Of a stretch of DNA of 45,136 bases, positions 44,482-45,136 are shown piece by piece; position 1 is the stretch's first letter; every line of letters begins with the position of its first letter. The position numbers were made by a program, and so were the translations under genes. Below the pieces are notes generated by a model. That model had not been told where the DNA came from. It did not search any database and saw only the letters and a program-made list of their open reading frames with translations. This DNA is from a virus (Duplodnaviria; Heunggongvirae; Uroviricota; Caudoviricetes): IMG/VR virus record IMGVR_UViG_3300035502_000495; one strand, 5' to 3'.

Positions 44482-44964
44482 ATGTTACAATTATTAGAAA
44501 GCTATTCCATATCGGAAATTATAATTTTCTTTATTGTTTTTTGTTTAGCTATAAAAGAAGCTATTACTTTCTATGATTGGACTAAAACGAGATTACAGCA
44601 AGGTTATAATAAAAATTTAAAAGAGAAAGAGGATAAAGATAGTATTAGGGCAGAACTTAATACAGTTAGTGATTCTTTTCATAAAAAAGAACAAGAAATG
44701 AGTGAAGGTTTTAAGCAAATTAATGAACAGATTAATGATTTATCTGAAAAAATTAATTTATTAATAAATTCAGACAAAGATGATATAAAAGCTTTTATTA
44801 CAAAAGAACATCATTATTTTTGTTATCAAAAAAAATGGATAGATGATTATAGTTTAGATTGTATAGAAAAAAGGTTTGAACATTATAAACAAGAAAAAGG
44901 AAATTCTTTTGTAGAGAGCTTAATGGAAGAACTGCGGTCGTTACCCAAGCAACCTCCGCAATAA
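44482..44964 (+). CDS. holin-like membrane protein (160 aa; start moved to MLQLL)
   Basis: AGGAGG RBS; single N-terminal TM segment followed by a coiled coil. Confidence 0.5.
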   Translation: MLQLLESYSISEIIIFFIVFCLAIKEAITFYDWTKTRLQQGYNKNLKEKEDKDSIRAELNTVSDSFHKKEQEMSEGFKQINEQINDLSEKINLLINSDKDDIKAFITKEHHYFCYQKKWIDDYSLDCIEKRFEHYKQEKGNSFVESLMEELRSLPKQPPQ

Positions 44965-44994
44965 AGTAAAAAAGAGAAAAAAGGAGATTTTATT

Positions 44995-45136
44995 ATGGCG
45001 GGAATTGGAAATAATTTATATCCTCCAATTGTAGATACATTTATGCCTGCTTTTGTTAGAACCCAGCCTTGTAAAATATATTTTTCATTATCTGCATATA
45101 ATAGCTTAGATGATATTCTAAATGCACAAGTTATAG
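44995..45136 (+). CDS. 5' part of a gene truncated by the window end (MAGIGNNLYPPIVDTFMPAF..), probably structural
   Basis: AAGGAG RBS; open to the window end. Confidence 0.7.
   Translation, partial: MAGIGNNLYPPIVDTFMPAFVRTQPCKIYFSLSAYNSLDDILNAQVI

Noticed and set aside
13811-45136. Stop-codon recoding
   Set aside because: TAG ends the portal, MCP and TMP genes, TGA ends other genes, and the ORFs tile well under code 11.

Overview
This is a segment of a large, very AT-rich tailed dsDNA phage, probably infecting a Firmicutes (Clostridia-like) host, read with genetic code 11. It has three parts. (1) 1-11.0 kb is an early, host-takeover-like region of about 30 small minus-strand genes. Almost every gene has its own near-consensus sigmaA promoter (27 counted) and an AGAGAGGT RBS. 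The region is punctuated by a repeated boundary module: a ~50-bp inverted repeat upstream of the -35 box, a mirror-image TTGACA(+/-TATAAT), a GC-rich hairpin with a variable but fully compensated stem and a conserved 8-nt loop GAGNAGCG, then a terminator. It also holds three unannotated structured-RNA candidates: two G.U-rich hairpins and a 184-nt tRNA-shaped RNA with a 109-nt insert in place of the anticodon loop. (2) 11.0-13.7 kb is a non-coding repeat array plus AT-rich tract (candidate origin or packaging/terminus locus) followed by a 6-gene minus-strand operon. (3) 13.8-45.1 kb is a plus-strand SPbeta/c-st-like morphogenesis module: TerL split by a group I intron carrying a double-HNH endonuclease, then portal, protease/scaffold, capsid, head-tail, tail tube, a 2796-aa tape measure, tail spike and holin-like genes. 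No database search was possible, so product calls rest on motifs and synteny only.
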